In this document: positions 1-11,100 of the stretch, in pieces
Position numbering within the stretch: position 1 is the first letter of the stretch
Layout: every line of letters begins with the position of its first letter
NCBI RefSeq assembly: GCF_963921235.1
Contig: NC_086097.1
Location: forward strand, 2,790,001 to 2,854,000
DNA from: Mobula hypostoma
Taxonomy: Eukaryota
Reading direction: 5' to 3'
Length of the DNA stretch: 64,000 nt
Made by a program: the position numbers and the translations under genes
Notes under the pieces: generated by a model
What the model was told of the DNA's origin: nothing
Seen by the model: only the letters and a program-made list of their open reading frames with translations
Databases searched by the model: none

Positions 1-608
1 TTAGGAGAACTCTGCATAGAAGAACAAGAACAAGAAAGGCAATCAGGGCCCCAACACTGAATGCTGTGTGGACTCAGAGGATGAGGAAACAGGGATGTGA
101 TATACATTACCCTCTGCAAACTCCCCAAGCATTGATGAAGAGATTCCTGACTCTCCGGATCCGGACTCAGATGTAAAGGGGCATAGGGAGGGGTGGGGGG
201 GGGACTAACAGTGGACAGGCAGACGTGACACTAGACAGTGAAGGGAAACTGGGCTCTAATGTAATTTGGGAATGAAGCTGGGCTCAGTCAGGTGACAGGG
301 GGACCTGAGTTGCTGGAGGACATGAGTAATGGGCAGTGGGGGCATTCCCAAGTGGACAGGAAAGGTCTCGAGGAGTGTCTGAGGCTGAAGATGAGATAGA
401 AAATGTCTCAGAGTCAGGAACCCCCAGATTGGCTGGCATCTGACAAACCAGGGAAACAAAGTGTTGTGTCTATCCCCATCGTGAGATATGTTACTAACAT
501 TCACAAATGGGTTCGGGGTCCTGAAATCACAAAGTTAATTTGAATACTGTGTTATTACTAATGATTTGATACATTTCAAAGTAATGAATATTTGTGGTTG
601 GGGGAGAA
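1..608 (+). mobile_element. 3' internal end of a Gypsy-like LTR retrotransposon (degenerate post-integrase tail plus polypurine tract)
   Basis: Degenerate RVRNPPD-like motif at about 410-435 (needs a 1-nt frameshift). Purine tract GGGGGAGAA (600-608) directly abuts TG at 609. Confidence 0.55.
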
Positions 609-1422
609 TGTAATGCCCTGGTTAAGATTTCTAATGCTAATGTGGTAGGGTATTTCAATTAGTAGCTTTTTGTTAAAACAGTGTGTCCTGCTGGTAGAAT
701 GTTCTGGCTTCGGCTAAAGATTAGGGGCTATGGTGTTGAATTTAGGAATGTTGTGTCAGCCAATCAGGATGGAGGAATTGGGGGAAGGTTCTAGAGAAAG
801 CTGGGCGGAGAAAGATTTGTGATGGACACTGGGTGGGTTTGTGGCTTTTTGGCGAGAAATACAGAGAGGAGAAGATCGGGAGAGACGGCCATAGGATTCG
901 ATCCGATGGGAAGATGCAATTACAAGAGGTGCTTCATGAGACAAAAGAGTCCAAGATGGGAAGTTCTACCGGTGATTGGTGATGAAAATTCAGTGCCATA
1001 AGTAACAGTCATATCCAGCTTCTGGACAATACGAACTCCAATGATGTGCACATTTAGACTGGTTTAATTGTAATGGGCCCTTTTATGTTTCCCGTCTTAA
1101 TAACTGCTTGATAAAGCTGATATTAGTAAATATGTTTCCTTTATAATTGTAAGCAGCGTACGATCTGTTATTTCTTGCCAATGGATAATTGTGTATGGAT
1201 GGCATTTACGCAGCATTTGTTCAATTTGGGCTTCTGTTCATCAAAACATCCCAACTTTCCTTTTTGGTTGAATCCAAACCCTACAGGCCCCAGATGTACT
1301 TTGCTTGGGAAAGGTGGCCTGCTCGCACTGAGTCTGGTGGCTGTTAGCAGAGCTGGCTAATGAGCCAAGTTTGCATGTGAGCTCGGTGGAGGTGGGCGTG
1401 GGGTGGGTACACATATATCACA
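609..1422 (+). mobile_element. 3' LTR of the Gypsy-like element
   Basis: Starts TGTAATG right after the polypurine tract, contains AGCCAATCAG, and ends near TATCACA. Same layout as the solo LTR at 27693-28238. Right end approximate. Confidence 0.6.
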
Positions 1423-1759
1423 CACAGCACATAAAACTAAATATTACCGCAACACATAAACCACACAGTAACTGAAATGCTCTTGCGCACACAGCCAGAA
1501 TTTGCTTTAATGTGTCATGCAGTTTTCAGGCTGTGTAAAAGTTTCCTGCTCAGAACAAGGGTTGGTCTGTGAAAAAAATGAGAGAGAACGTTGCTCTAAG
1601 GTGCAATGTCCAGGCATTGTTGTGTTCTTGTGTGTTAAAGATGAGATTGCTATGAGAAAGCCTGGGGGAATTGGATTACATTCAAATTCAAATAATTTAA
1701 AATGCATGAGGTGTGCAGCACATGCAAACTGTAAGCAGCTCACTGTCCTGGTGATGAGG

Positions 1760-2190
1760 CCTGAGTGGTGGCAGGGTATTCATTCGTCTCACAGCCTGAG
1801 GGAAGAAGCCATTACCCAGTCTGGCAATGTGAGTCCTGATGCTCCTGTACTTCCTCCCTGACAGTCGTGGATCAGAGATTGTGGGTAGTAAGGATCCTCA
1901 ACAACACTACAGGCCCTTTGTATACAATGCTCCCAGCAAATAACAAAGTAGGGGAGAGGGAAACCCTGGTGATCCTCTCAACGGTTTTTACCATCCTCTA
2001 TAGGGCCTTGTGGTGCAACTTCCTGCAGGTTCTGTGCCACACAATGATACAGCCAGACAGGACAGCCTCGATGATGCCCCTGTAGAAAGTTGTTAGAATG
2101 GAGACGGGGAAGCTCGCACGTCTCAATCTCCTCAGAAACTATAGATACTGATGTGCCTTCTTGACTAATCAGGAGGTTTTGAGTGTTACA
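1760..2190 (-). mobile_element. Rex1/Babar-type LINE 3' fragment
   Basis: Minus strand reads FYRGIIEAVLSGCIIVWH, the Rex1-type RT C-terminal motif. Confidence 0.65.
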
Positions 2191-2264
2191 GCAAAGAAGT
2201 AGATGGAAGATTATTTATTGTAACTGAAAAGTGAGAAAACAAGTGGATTTTAATTTACAGAAGG

Positions 2265-2856
2265 ATGAAAGCTTTTGGCACATTGGCTTTCATAAATCAG
2301 TGTACTGAGTTCAGGAGACGGGATGTCATGTTGAAGTTGTATAAGACGTCGGTGAGGTCTAACTTGGAGTATTGTGTGCAGTTTTGGTTCACCTACCTAC
2401 AGGAAAGATGTAAACAAGGTTGAAAGAGTACAGAGAAAATTTACAAGGATATTTACGAGGACCAGGCTTATAAGGAAAGATTGAAGAGGTTAGGACTGTA
2501 TTCATTTGAACATAAAAAATTGAGAGGAGATTTGACAGAGGTATACAAAATTGAGGGGTATGGATATGGTAAATGCAAGAAGGGTTTTTCCACTGAGGTT
2601 GAGTGGGACTATGACCAGAGGTCATGGCCTGAGGTGAAAGGTGAAAGGTTTAAGGGGAGCATGAGGGGAAACCTCTTCTCTTAGACGGTCATAAGAATGT
2701 GAAATGAGTTGCCATTGCAAGTGGTACATGGATAGTAGGGGTATGGAGAGCTACGGTCCAGAATCAGGTCATTGGCAGTTGGCAGTTTAAATGGTTTTGG
2801 CATTGTCTAGATAAGCCGAAAGGCCTGTTTCTGTGCTGTACGACTCCGTGACTCTA
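2265..2856 (+). mobile_element. CR1 LINE 3' fragment
   Basis: LEYCVQFW and RLGLYSFE..LRGDL motifs, followed by a CR1-type 3' UTR (GGCCGAANGGCC-like, then CTGTGCTGTA). Confidence 0.85.
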
Positions 2857-3039
2857 ACAGAACAAAGCTAACTACCCATTTCAAAATACTAGTGGAAGGC
2901 ATCAGTCAGAAATTGAACCCTTTTTCTGGCCACGTGAAACTTAATAACCAAATCTATGTTTTCTATATGGTGTCAAATTATTCTTAGGTTATTTGTAAAC
3001 ATAAAACCACTATGTATTCTCCCTCTGTCGCTGGATATC

Positions 3040-3370
3040 CTGAATGCACCCCATCACCGAGGACATCTTCAAAAGGCAGTACCTCATGAAGGCAGCATCC
3101 ATCATTAAGGACCCCCGTCACCCAGGACATGCCCTCTTCTCATTGCTACCATCAGGAAGGAGGTTCAGGAGCCTGAAGGCACACACTTATTTTTTTTTAG
3201 GAGCAGTTTCTTCCCCTCCACCATCAGATTTCTGAACGGACAATGAACCCATGAACACTTCCTCAGTATTTTGCACTATTTAGTTTTTGTAATTTATGGT
3301 AATCCTTATGTCCAGCATTGTACTGCCACAAAGCAACACATTTCACAACATGCGTCAGTGATTATTATCC
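3040..3370 (+). mobile_element. Rex1/Babar-type LINE 3' fragment
   Basis: AASIIKDPRHPGHALFSLLPSGRRFRSLKAHT. Confidence 0.8.
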
Positions 3371-3441
3371 CGATCTGGACTCCGATCCTTTCAGCTGATT
3401 GGTTTCTTTTGTTCCAGGTTCCTGCATTGGCAGTCTCCTCA

Positions 3442-4645
3442 TGGTTCAAAGTAAACGTATTATCAAAATGCAGATATGTCACCATATACTACCCTGACAT
3501 TTGTTTTCTTGTGGGTATTCACAGTAAATCCACAAAACACAACAGAATCAGTGAAAGACCGCACTCGACAAGATGGACAAACAACCAGTGTGCAAAAGAC
3601 AACACTGTGCAAATACAAAAATAAAATAAATAAATAAGCATTAAATATCAAGAACCTGCAGGTGCTGAGACACAAGGCTCCTGTGCTTTCTTCCTGATGG
3701 AGTGTATGGGGTGTCAGGGAGAGGTAGCACCTCTGGTGGGGGAACATGTCGCATCCTTTTCAGGGCAGTTAGTCCACCTTTGGTCCCCACCTGGCACTCA
3801 GCTCTCACCTGTGGCTCCCCGTAGCTGTTTGCATGTGACAGCGGCCACACCCCGGGCAACGGCTTCAACAAGCCGGCTAAACCAGGTGAGGGTAGCTGAC
3901 GGGTCTCAAACCCTCGGTGAGATAGGGAGTTGTCTATCCCAGCATGTGATGACAGACTCCGGCGGATTGAGCGGACGAGACCTATGGAAGGTCCAACGGT
4001 CAAGAAGGCGGTCTCTGCAAGCATCGTGGAACGTGTAGAGCAGGACAAGACACAGAAGACGTCCTGGTCATCCACTGCGCCTAGTCCCATCTCCAGCCGT
4101 CTAGACTCTGTCTTGCCACTGGATCCAGATGGGAATTGGGAAGAGAGAGTGAGGCTGACTCCCCCTCACTTAAATCCAAATCACGCGCTAGTCTCGACAC
4201 CATCATAATGGTGTCGAGGTCCTCATCGACGTCAATGATGGATGAACAATCAAGAACATGAGATGAAGAGTCCTTCAAAGTGAGTCCATATGTTGTGGGA
4301 ACAGTTCAGTGATAGGGTGAGTGAAGTTTTCCACTTGTTCAAGAGCCTGATGGTTGAGGGTAATAATTGTCCCTGAACCTGCAGGTGCTGAGACACAAGG
4401 CTCCTATGCTTTCTTCCTGATGGTAAAAGTAAGAACAGAGCATGGCCTGGGTGGTGGGAGTTCCTGACGATGGATGCTGATTTTCTGTGACAACACTCTG
4501 TGTAAATGTGTTCAATGGTGAGGAGGGATTTACCCGTGATGGACTGGGCCATATCCACAACCTTTGTAGGAGTTTCTTTCCAATGCCATAGGTGTATTCA
4601 TACCATGTCATGATGCCCCCAGTCAAAATACTCTTCTCCACACAA
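3442..4645 (-). mobile_element. Rex1-type LINE 3' fragment interrupted by an insertion at 3656-4248
   Basis: KSASIVRNSHHPGHALFLLLPSGR and SILTGGIMTWY motifs. ATCAAGAAC is duplicated at 3647-3655 and 4249-4257. Confidence 0.8.
3701..4248 (+). mobile_element. Non-coding retroposon (probably RTE-related, SINE-like), young CpG-rich copy
   Basis: Lies between 9-bp duplications and has a 3' hairpin at 4193-4218. A diverged homolog is at about 44230-44720. Family assignment is inference. Confidence 0.55.
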
Positions 4646-4766
4646 CATGGAGTTATAAAAAAGTACAGCGTGGAAACAGGCCATTTGGCTCATCTAGTCA
4701 GTGCTGCAGCAGTAAAATTGCCAACTCCCATTGACCTGCACTGGGACCATAACCCTCCATACCCCT

Positions 4767-5326
4767 TGTTAGAGTGAGTTTTTGGGTAGATGATTTGTTT
4801 ACACTTAAATGACTTTGGCCACCAGACTTCGATTTGACAAAGTACTGTGGATTGAGTCCACAACAATGCGCTTCCTAAAAAGGTGTGAATACCAGATACT
4901 GCTGGAGCCGTAGCTTGACCAGGTGCTGTAGTTTCAAAGACAGTATTATCTATACTTTATAAATATTAATTGTCTTCTATGTCAGCACGTCAAATGCCAA
5001 ATAAATGTATCGTAGACTTAATTTACATTCCTAAAAGCTGTGGATACCAACTCAGACATGTTGGCGTCAGAAGGAAAGGAAGGTGTGATATTTTGTATGT
5101 AGCTTCAATAGGAAGCATTGTCTATGCATTGTCTATAACTTTTTAAGTAGCGATTGCCTTTGTGTTTAGCATATAAATATCCAGCCCACATTGAGCTAGC
5201 AGACCTTTCTACTGAAAGCATCTCCGTCCGTATGATGCCTGCTGTACCTTGTTGTGTCGAATAAAGAAGCTGCTTTGTATCTACCAGTGACTCTGTCTCT
5301 CCAATGATTTCGACCACATTACAACA
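4767..5326 (+). mobile_element. Solo LTR (560 bp) with 5-bp TSD CCCCT
   Basis: TGTT...AACA termini; CCCCT at 4762-4766 and 5327-5331; AATAAA at about 5260; inverted homolog at 62379-62911. Confidence 0.9.
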
Positions 5327-5953
5327 CCCCTGACATCCACGTCCCTATTGAAACTTCTCTTAAGCATTGCAATCAAGCTCACATGCACCACTTGAGCTGA
5401 CAGTACATTCCACACTCTGAAGACCCTCAGAGTAAAGAAGTTTCCCTTATACATTTCCCCTTTCACCTTTAACCCATGGCCTCTGGTTATAGTCCCACCC
5501 AACCTCAGTGGAAAAAGCTTGCTTTCTTTATGACCCTATCTACCTGTAACACCACTTTCAATGAATTATGGACCGGTTTTCCCAGATCCATTTGTTCTAT
5601 CACACTCCTCAGTGATCTACTGTTCACTGTGTAAGACCTACTTTGGCTGGTTGTACTGAAGGGCAACATACTCACACTTGACTACATTAAATTCCATCTG
5701 CCATTTTTCCAACTGGTCCAGATCCTGTCGCAAGCTCTTATAGTCCTCCTCACTGTTTGCAGCACCCCCAATCTTGGTGTCATCCGCAAATTTGCTAATT
5801 GAGTTAACTACATTATGATCCAGATAATTGATATAGAAGACAAACAACAACCAACCCAGTACCAAAGCCTGTGGAACTCCACTAGTCACAGGCCTCCATC
5901 AGAGAGGCAACTATCTACTACCACTCCCTGGCTTTTCCCACAAAGCCAATGTC

Positions 5954-6428
5954 TTTTCTCTTTCTTTTTCAATCTTTTTATTAGTTTCAACAATAAACAC
6001 GTCACAAAAAGTGCATAATAATTGATAATAATTATTAAAGTTTACAGTCAGGTAGCACATAGTTACAAACATCCCAAAATCATGCAGATTAACAACAAAA
6101 TATAAAAAGAGTATACATAAAATATAAAATATCGTTAAAAAAAAGAAAAAGAAAAAAAATCCCCTAAAAAAAAATCTACCCAAACTAAAGAAAACTACGG
6201 AGAAAAAGAAAAGGAAGGGCTATTATGATATCTCAGATAGAACCAATAGTGTGGCCACTTCCGCTCCTCTCCCCATATATTGAAATCACAAAGTGGATTG
6301 GCAAGGGACAAATTACATCATGTGGAAGTATTGAATAAATGGTCACCAAGTCTCATCAAATTTAATAGATGGGTCAAAAATAAGACTTCTAATTTTTTTC
6401 TAGATTTAAACCAGATATAGTCTGAGAA
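5954..6428 (-). mobile_element. L1-clade LINE 3' fragment with 12-bp TSD
   Basis: AAAGCCAATGTC at 5942-5953 and 6429-6440; A-rich tail; C-terminus LEKIRSLIFDPSIKFDETW matches the L1 at 11912-12878. Confidence 0.8.
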
Positions 6429-6552
6429 AAAGCCAATGTCAAATCCAATTTACTATCTCATCTTGAACCTTCTTGACCAACCTCCCATGCGGTACCTTGT
6501 CAAATGCTTTGCCAAAGTCCATGTAGAAAACATCCACTGTCTTATCTTCACC

Positions 6553-7227
6553 AACAAAGGAAAATGTGCAGATGCTGGAAATCCAGAGCAACACACACAA
6601 TATGCTGGAGGAACTCAGCAGGTCAGGCAGCATCTAGCCGATGTTTTGGGCTGAGACCCTTCGGCAGGACTGGAGAAAAAAAGATGAGGAGTAGATTTAA
6701 AAGGTGAAGGGAGGGGAAAAGAGGGAGGAACACAAGGTGAGAGGTAAAACCGGGAGGGGGTGGGGTGAAATAAAGCTAGCAAGTTGATTGGTGAAAGAGA
6801 TACAGGGCTGGAGAAGGGGGAATCTAATAGAAGACAGAAGGCCATGGAAGGAAGAAAAAAGGGGGAGGAAGAGCACCAGATGGAGGTGATGGGTAGGCAA
6901 GGAGATAAGGTGAGCGAGGGAAAGGGGAATGGCTTCTGTCCTCTCCTATTAGATTCCCCCATCTCCAGCTCTGTATCTCCTTCGCCAATCAAATTCCCAG
7001 CTCTTCACTTCACACCTCCTTCTCCTGGTTTCATGTATCACTTTGTGTTTCTCCCTCCCTCCACCTTTTAAATCTCCTCTTCATCTTATTTTCTCTAGTC
7101 CTGCTGAAGGGTTTCAGCCCAAAATGTCGACTGTACTTTTTTCCACAGATGCTACCTGCCTGCTGAGTTCCTCCAGCATTTTGTGTGTGTTGCTCGGATT
7201 TCCAATATCTGCAGATTTTCTCTTGTT
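6553..7227. mobile_element. Penelope-derived element as an inverted pair of pLTR-like arms, each with a hammerhead-like motif
   Basis: 6553-~6845 is the diverged reverse complement of ~6930-7227. CTGCYGA-AGGG..CCC-RAAA motifs at about 6640-6672 (-) and 7096-7133 (+). Confidence 0.75.
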
Positions 7228-7399
7228 TAAGACCTTTGAGTTTGCCTAGCACTTTTTCCTTTGTTATATCAATGGAACGCTGTCCTGCTCTCTGAAACTC
7301 ACGGAGCTCTGGCACACTGCGAGTGTCTTCCACAGTGAGGATGGATGCAAGGTTCATCTGCCATTTCTTTGTCCCCCATTACTACTCACCAGCATCTGC

Positions 7400-7617
7400 T
7401 GGAACCGTACAGGGTACTGGTGAGGCCGCACCTGGAGTACTGTGTGCAGTTCTGGTCTCCATACTTGAGGAAGGATATACTGGCTTTGGAGGCAGTGCAG
7501 AGGAGGTTCACCAGGTTGATTCTGGGGATGAAGGGGTTGACCTATGAGGAGAGATTGAGTCGCCTGGGACTGTACTCTCTGGAGTTCAGAAGAATGAGAG
7601 GGGATCTTATCGAAACA
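7400..7617 (+). mobile_element. CR1 3' fragment (host of a nested insertion; resumes at 13264-13630)
   Basis: [18 protein letters not shown]...RGDLIET stops at 7617. The CR1 C-terminus (KGIDK..FPLVG..RTR, QRVVNLWNSLP) continues after 13264. AAACA is present at both junctions. Confidence 0.8.
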
Positions 7618-8185
7618 GTTTTAGATTCGAAGCAAGAAGGCTGCAAGTGGAGTGGCTCAGTGGACCAGCCGCTGAACGACGGGACCTGCACCGCGGGGTG
7701 AAGGCGGCCCAGCGAATTGTCAGGATGGAGCCCCCAGGACTGGACGCCATCTATTCCAGCAGACTCAGGAGGAAAGCAATCAGCATAACCAGAGACACCA
7801 CACACCCCGGCCACTCCCTGTTTGACCCACTGCCGTCCAGCAAAAGGTTCAGGACACTAAAAGCCAGAACAAGTAGACTGAGAAACAGCTTCTATCCCAG
7901 AGCTGTGGCCTCCATCACACCACTCCCACAGAACAATGACTGAAACTGTGAGCACACACATGGACACACAAGGACTCAAATACTTGCACTAACGGCACTT
8001 TGGGCATTACTGTGATACTCTGGTGCTGCTGCAACTTATTTTCTGCTACTTATCTATTTAATACCGTTTTTCTATTACTGTCTTGTTTTTATCTACCGCT
8101 TTATTTAATTGCCTGAGAGGAAGCCCAACAGAGTTTCATTGTAACTATGTATAATGACAATAAAGATCATTCAATTAAATTCAAT
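7618..8185 (+). mobile_element. Rex1-type LINE 3' fragment
   Basis: RKAISITRDTTHPGHSLFDPLPSSKRFR..RLRNSFYPRA, then AATAAA and a short-repeat tail. Confidence 0.8.
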
Positions 8186-8189
8186 AAGG

Positions 8190-11100
8190 ATTTCCAGAGC
8201 GAAGGCATTTTACTACTCGGGGTAAAAGAGAGGCAAGACTGTGCAGGCGTGTGACGTCTGCCAGTAGAGTGGGAAAAGTTTAAAAAAAAGACCGCCATGT
8301 CCAGCAGGCAGCGGAGTGAGAGGGTAGCAGAGTGATAGGGTTTTGGCTCAATGGGCTTAGGCGGTAACAGGACGAGGCGAGGTAGGTTTACCTGTGTTAA
8401 TTGCGGAAAGGAAGAATGTGTGTGAGGCCGGTGTTCTGTGCTTGATGTCAGATGTGGGAGGTCCTGGAGACTCCCAGCCTCCTGGACGGTCATACCTGCA
8501 CCAGGTGTGTCGAGCTGAACTCCTAAGGGACCGCATTAGGGAACTGGAGCTGCAGCTCGATGTCTTTCTTCTGCTCAGAGAGAGCGAGGAGGTGATAGAG
8601 AGGAGTTATAGGCAGGTAGTCACCCTGGAACCTCAGGAGACTGAGAAGTGGGTCACAGTCAGGAGAGGGAAGGGCAAGAAGCAGGTACTAGAGAGTACCC
8701 CTGTGGCTGTACTCCTTGACAATAAGTACTCCTCTTTGAGTACTGTTGGGGGGGGGGGCAGCCTACCTAGGGGAAGTGACAGTGGTCGTGCCTCTGGCAC
8801 AGAGTCCAGCCCTGTGGCTCAGAAGGGTAAGGAAAGGAAGAGGAAGGCAGTAGTGACAGGGGACTCTATAGTTAGGGGGTCAGACAGGCGATTCTGTGGA
8901 TGCAGGAAAGAAACACGGATGGTAGTTTGCCTCCCAGGTGCCAGGGTCCGGGATGTTTCAGATCACGTCCAAGATATCCTGAAGTGGGAAGGAGAACAGC
9001 CAGAGGTCGTGGTACATATTGGTACTAATGACATAGGTAGGAAAAGGGAGGAGGTCCTGAAAACAGACTGCAGGGAGTTAGGAAGGAAGTTGAGAAGCAG
9101 GACCGCAAAGGTAGTAATCTCAGGATTACTGCCTGTGCCATGTGACAGTGAATATAGGAATAGAATGAGGTGGAAGATAAATGCGTGGCTGAGGGATTGG
9201 AGCAGGGGGCAGGGATTCAGATTTCTGGATCATTGGGACCTCTTTTGGGGCAGGTGTGACCTGTACAAAAAGGATGGGTTGCACTTGAATCCTAGGGGGA
9301 CCAATATCCTGGTGGGGAGGTTTGCTAAGGCTACTGGGGAGAGTTTAAACTAGAATTGCTGGGGGGTGGGAACCGAACTGAAGAGACTGGGGAAGAGGCA
9401 GTTGGCTCACAAATAGAGAAAGCTTGGAGACCGTGTGTGAGGAAGGATAGGTAGGTGATAGAGAAGGGTCGCTCTCAGACTGAAGGTTTGAAATGTGTCT
9501 ATTTTAAAGCAAGGAGTATTGTGAACAAAGTGGATGAGTTTAGAGCATGGATCAGTACTTAGAGATAAGATCTGGTGGCCATTACAGAGACTTGGATGGC
9601 TCAGGGACAGGAATGGTTACTTCAAGTGCTAGGTTTTATATGTTTCAGAAAGGACAGGGAGGAAGGCAAAAGAGGTGGGGACGTGGCTCTGTTGATCAGA
9701 GATAGTGTCACAGCTGCAGAGAAGGTGGACGTCATGGAGGGATTGTCTACGGAGTCTCTGTGGATGGAAGTTAGGAACAGGAAGGGGTCAATAACTTTAC
9801 TGTGTGTTTTTAATAGGCCGCCCAATAGTAACAGGGATATTGAGGAGCAGATAGGGAAACAGATCCTGGAAAGGTGTAATAATAACAGAGTTGTCACGAT
9901 GGCAGATTTTAATTTCCCAAATATCGATTGGCATCTCCCTAGAGTGAGGGGTTTAGATGGGGTGGAGTTTGTTAGGTGTTTTCAGGAAGGTTTCCTGATA
10001 CAATATGTAGATAAGCCTACAAGAGGATAGGCTGTGCTTGATCTGGTATTGATCTAGTCAGGTTTCAGATCTCTCAGTGGGAGGGCATTTTGGAGATAGT
10101 GATCATAATTCTATCTCCTTTACAATAGCATTGGAGAGAGATAGGAACAGACAAGTTAGAAAAGCGTTTAATTGGAGTAAGAGGAAGTATGAGGCTATCA
10201 GGCAGGAACGGAAGCTTAAATTGGGAACAGATGTTCTCAGGGGAAAGTATGGAAGAAATGTGGCAAATATTCAGGGGATATTTGTGTGGAGTTCTGCATA
10301 GGTACATTCCAATGAGACAGGGAAGTTATGGTGGGGTACAGGAACCGTGGTGTACAAGACTGTAATAAATCTTGTCAAGAAGAAAAGAAAAGCTTACAAA
10401 AGGTTCAGAGAGCAAGGTAATGTTAGAGATCTAGAAGATTATAAGGCTAATAGGAAGGAGCTTAAGAAGGAAATTAGGAGAGCCAGAAGGGGCCATGAGA
10501 TGGCCTTGGCGGGCAGGATTAAAGAAAACCCCAAGGCATTCTACAAGTATGTGAAGAGCAAGAGGATAAGATGTGAAAGAATAGGACCTATCAAGTGTGA
10601 CAGTGGGAAAGTGCGTATGGAACCGGAGGAAATAGCAGAGGTACTTAATGAATACTTTACTTCAGTATTCACTATGGGAAAGGATCTTGGTGATTGTAGT
10701 GATGACTTGCAGTGGACTGAAAAGCTTGAGCTTGTAGATATTAAGGAAGAGGATGTGCTGGAGCTTTTGGAAAGCATCAAGTTGGATAAGTCACCAGAAC
10801 CGGGTGAGGTGTACCCCAGGCTACTGTGGGAGGTGAGGAATGAGATTGCTGAGCCTCTGGCGATGATCTTTGCATCATCAATGGTCCCCATGGGAGAGGT
10901 TCCAGAGGATTGGAAGGTTGTGGATGTTGTTCCTTTATTCCAGAAAGGGAGTGGAGATAGTCCAGGAAATTATAGACCAGTGAGTATTACTTCAGTGGTT
11001 GGTAAGCTGATGGAGAAGATCCTGAGAGGCAGGATTTATGAACATTTGGAGAGGTATAATATGATTAGGAATAGTCAGCATGGCTTTGTCAAAGGCAGGT

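Larger units (their letters stand above)
4655..6552 (-). mobile_element. CR1 LINE RT and 3' fragment, interrupted by a solo LTR and an L1
   Basis: SGVPQ, SKFADDTKIGG and DFGKAFDKVPH motifs. Confidence 0.85.

Noticed and set aside
8394..9353. 319-aa ORF with SGNH/GDSL esterase motifs as a host or horizontally acquired gene
   Set aside because: It is CR1 ORF1. It sits directly upstream of APE-RT ORF2, has several homologs in the window, and its N-terminal zinc finger is in another frame with a stop codon.
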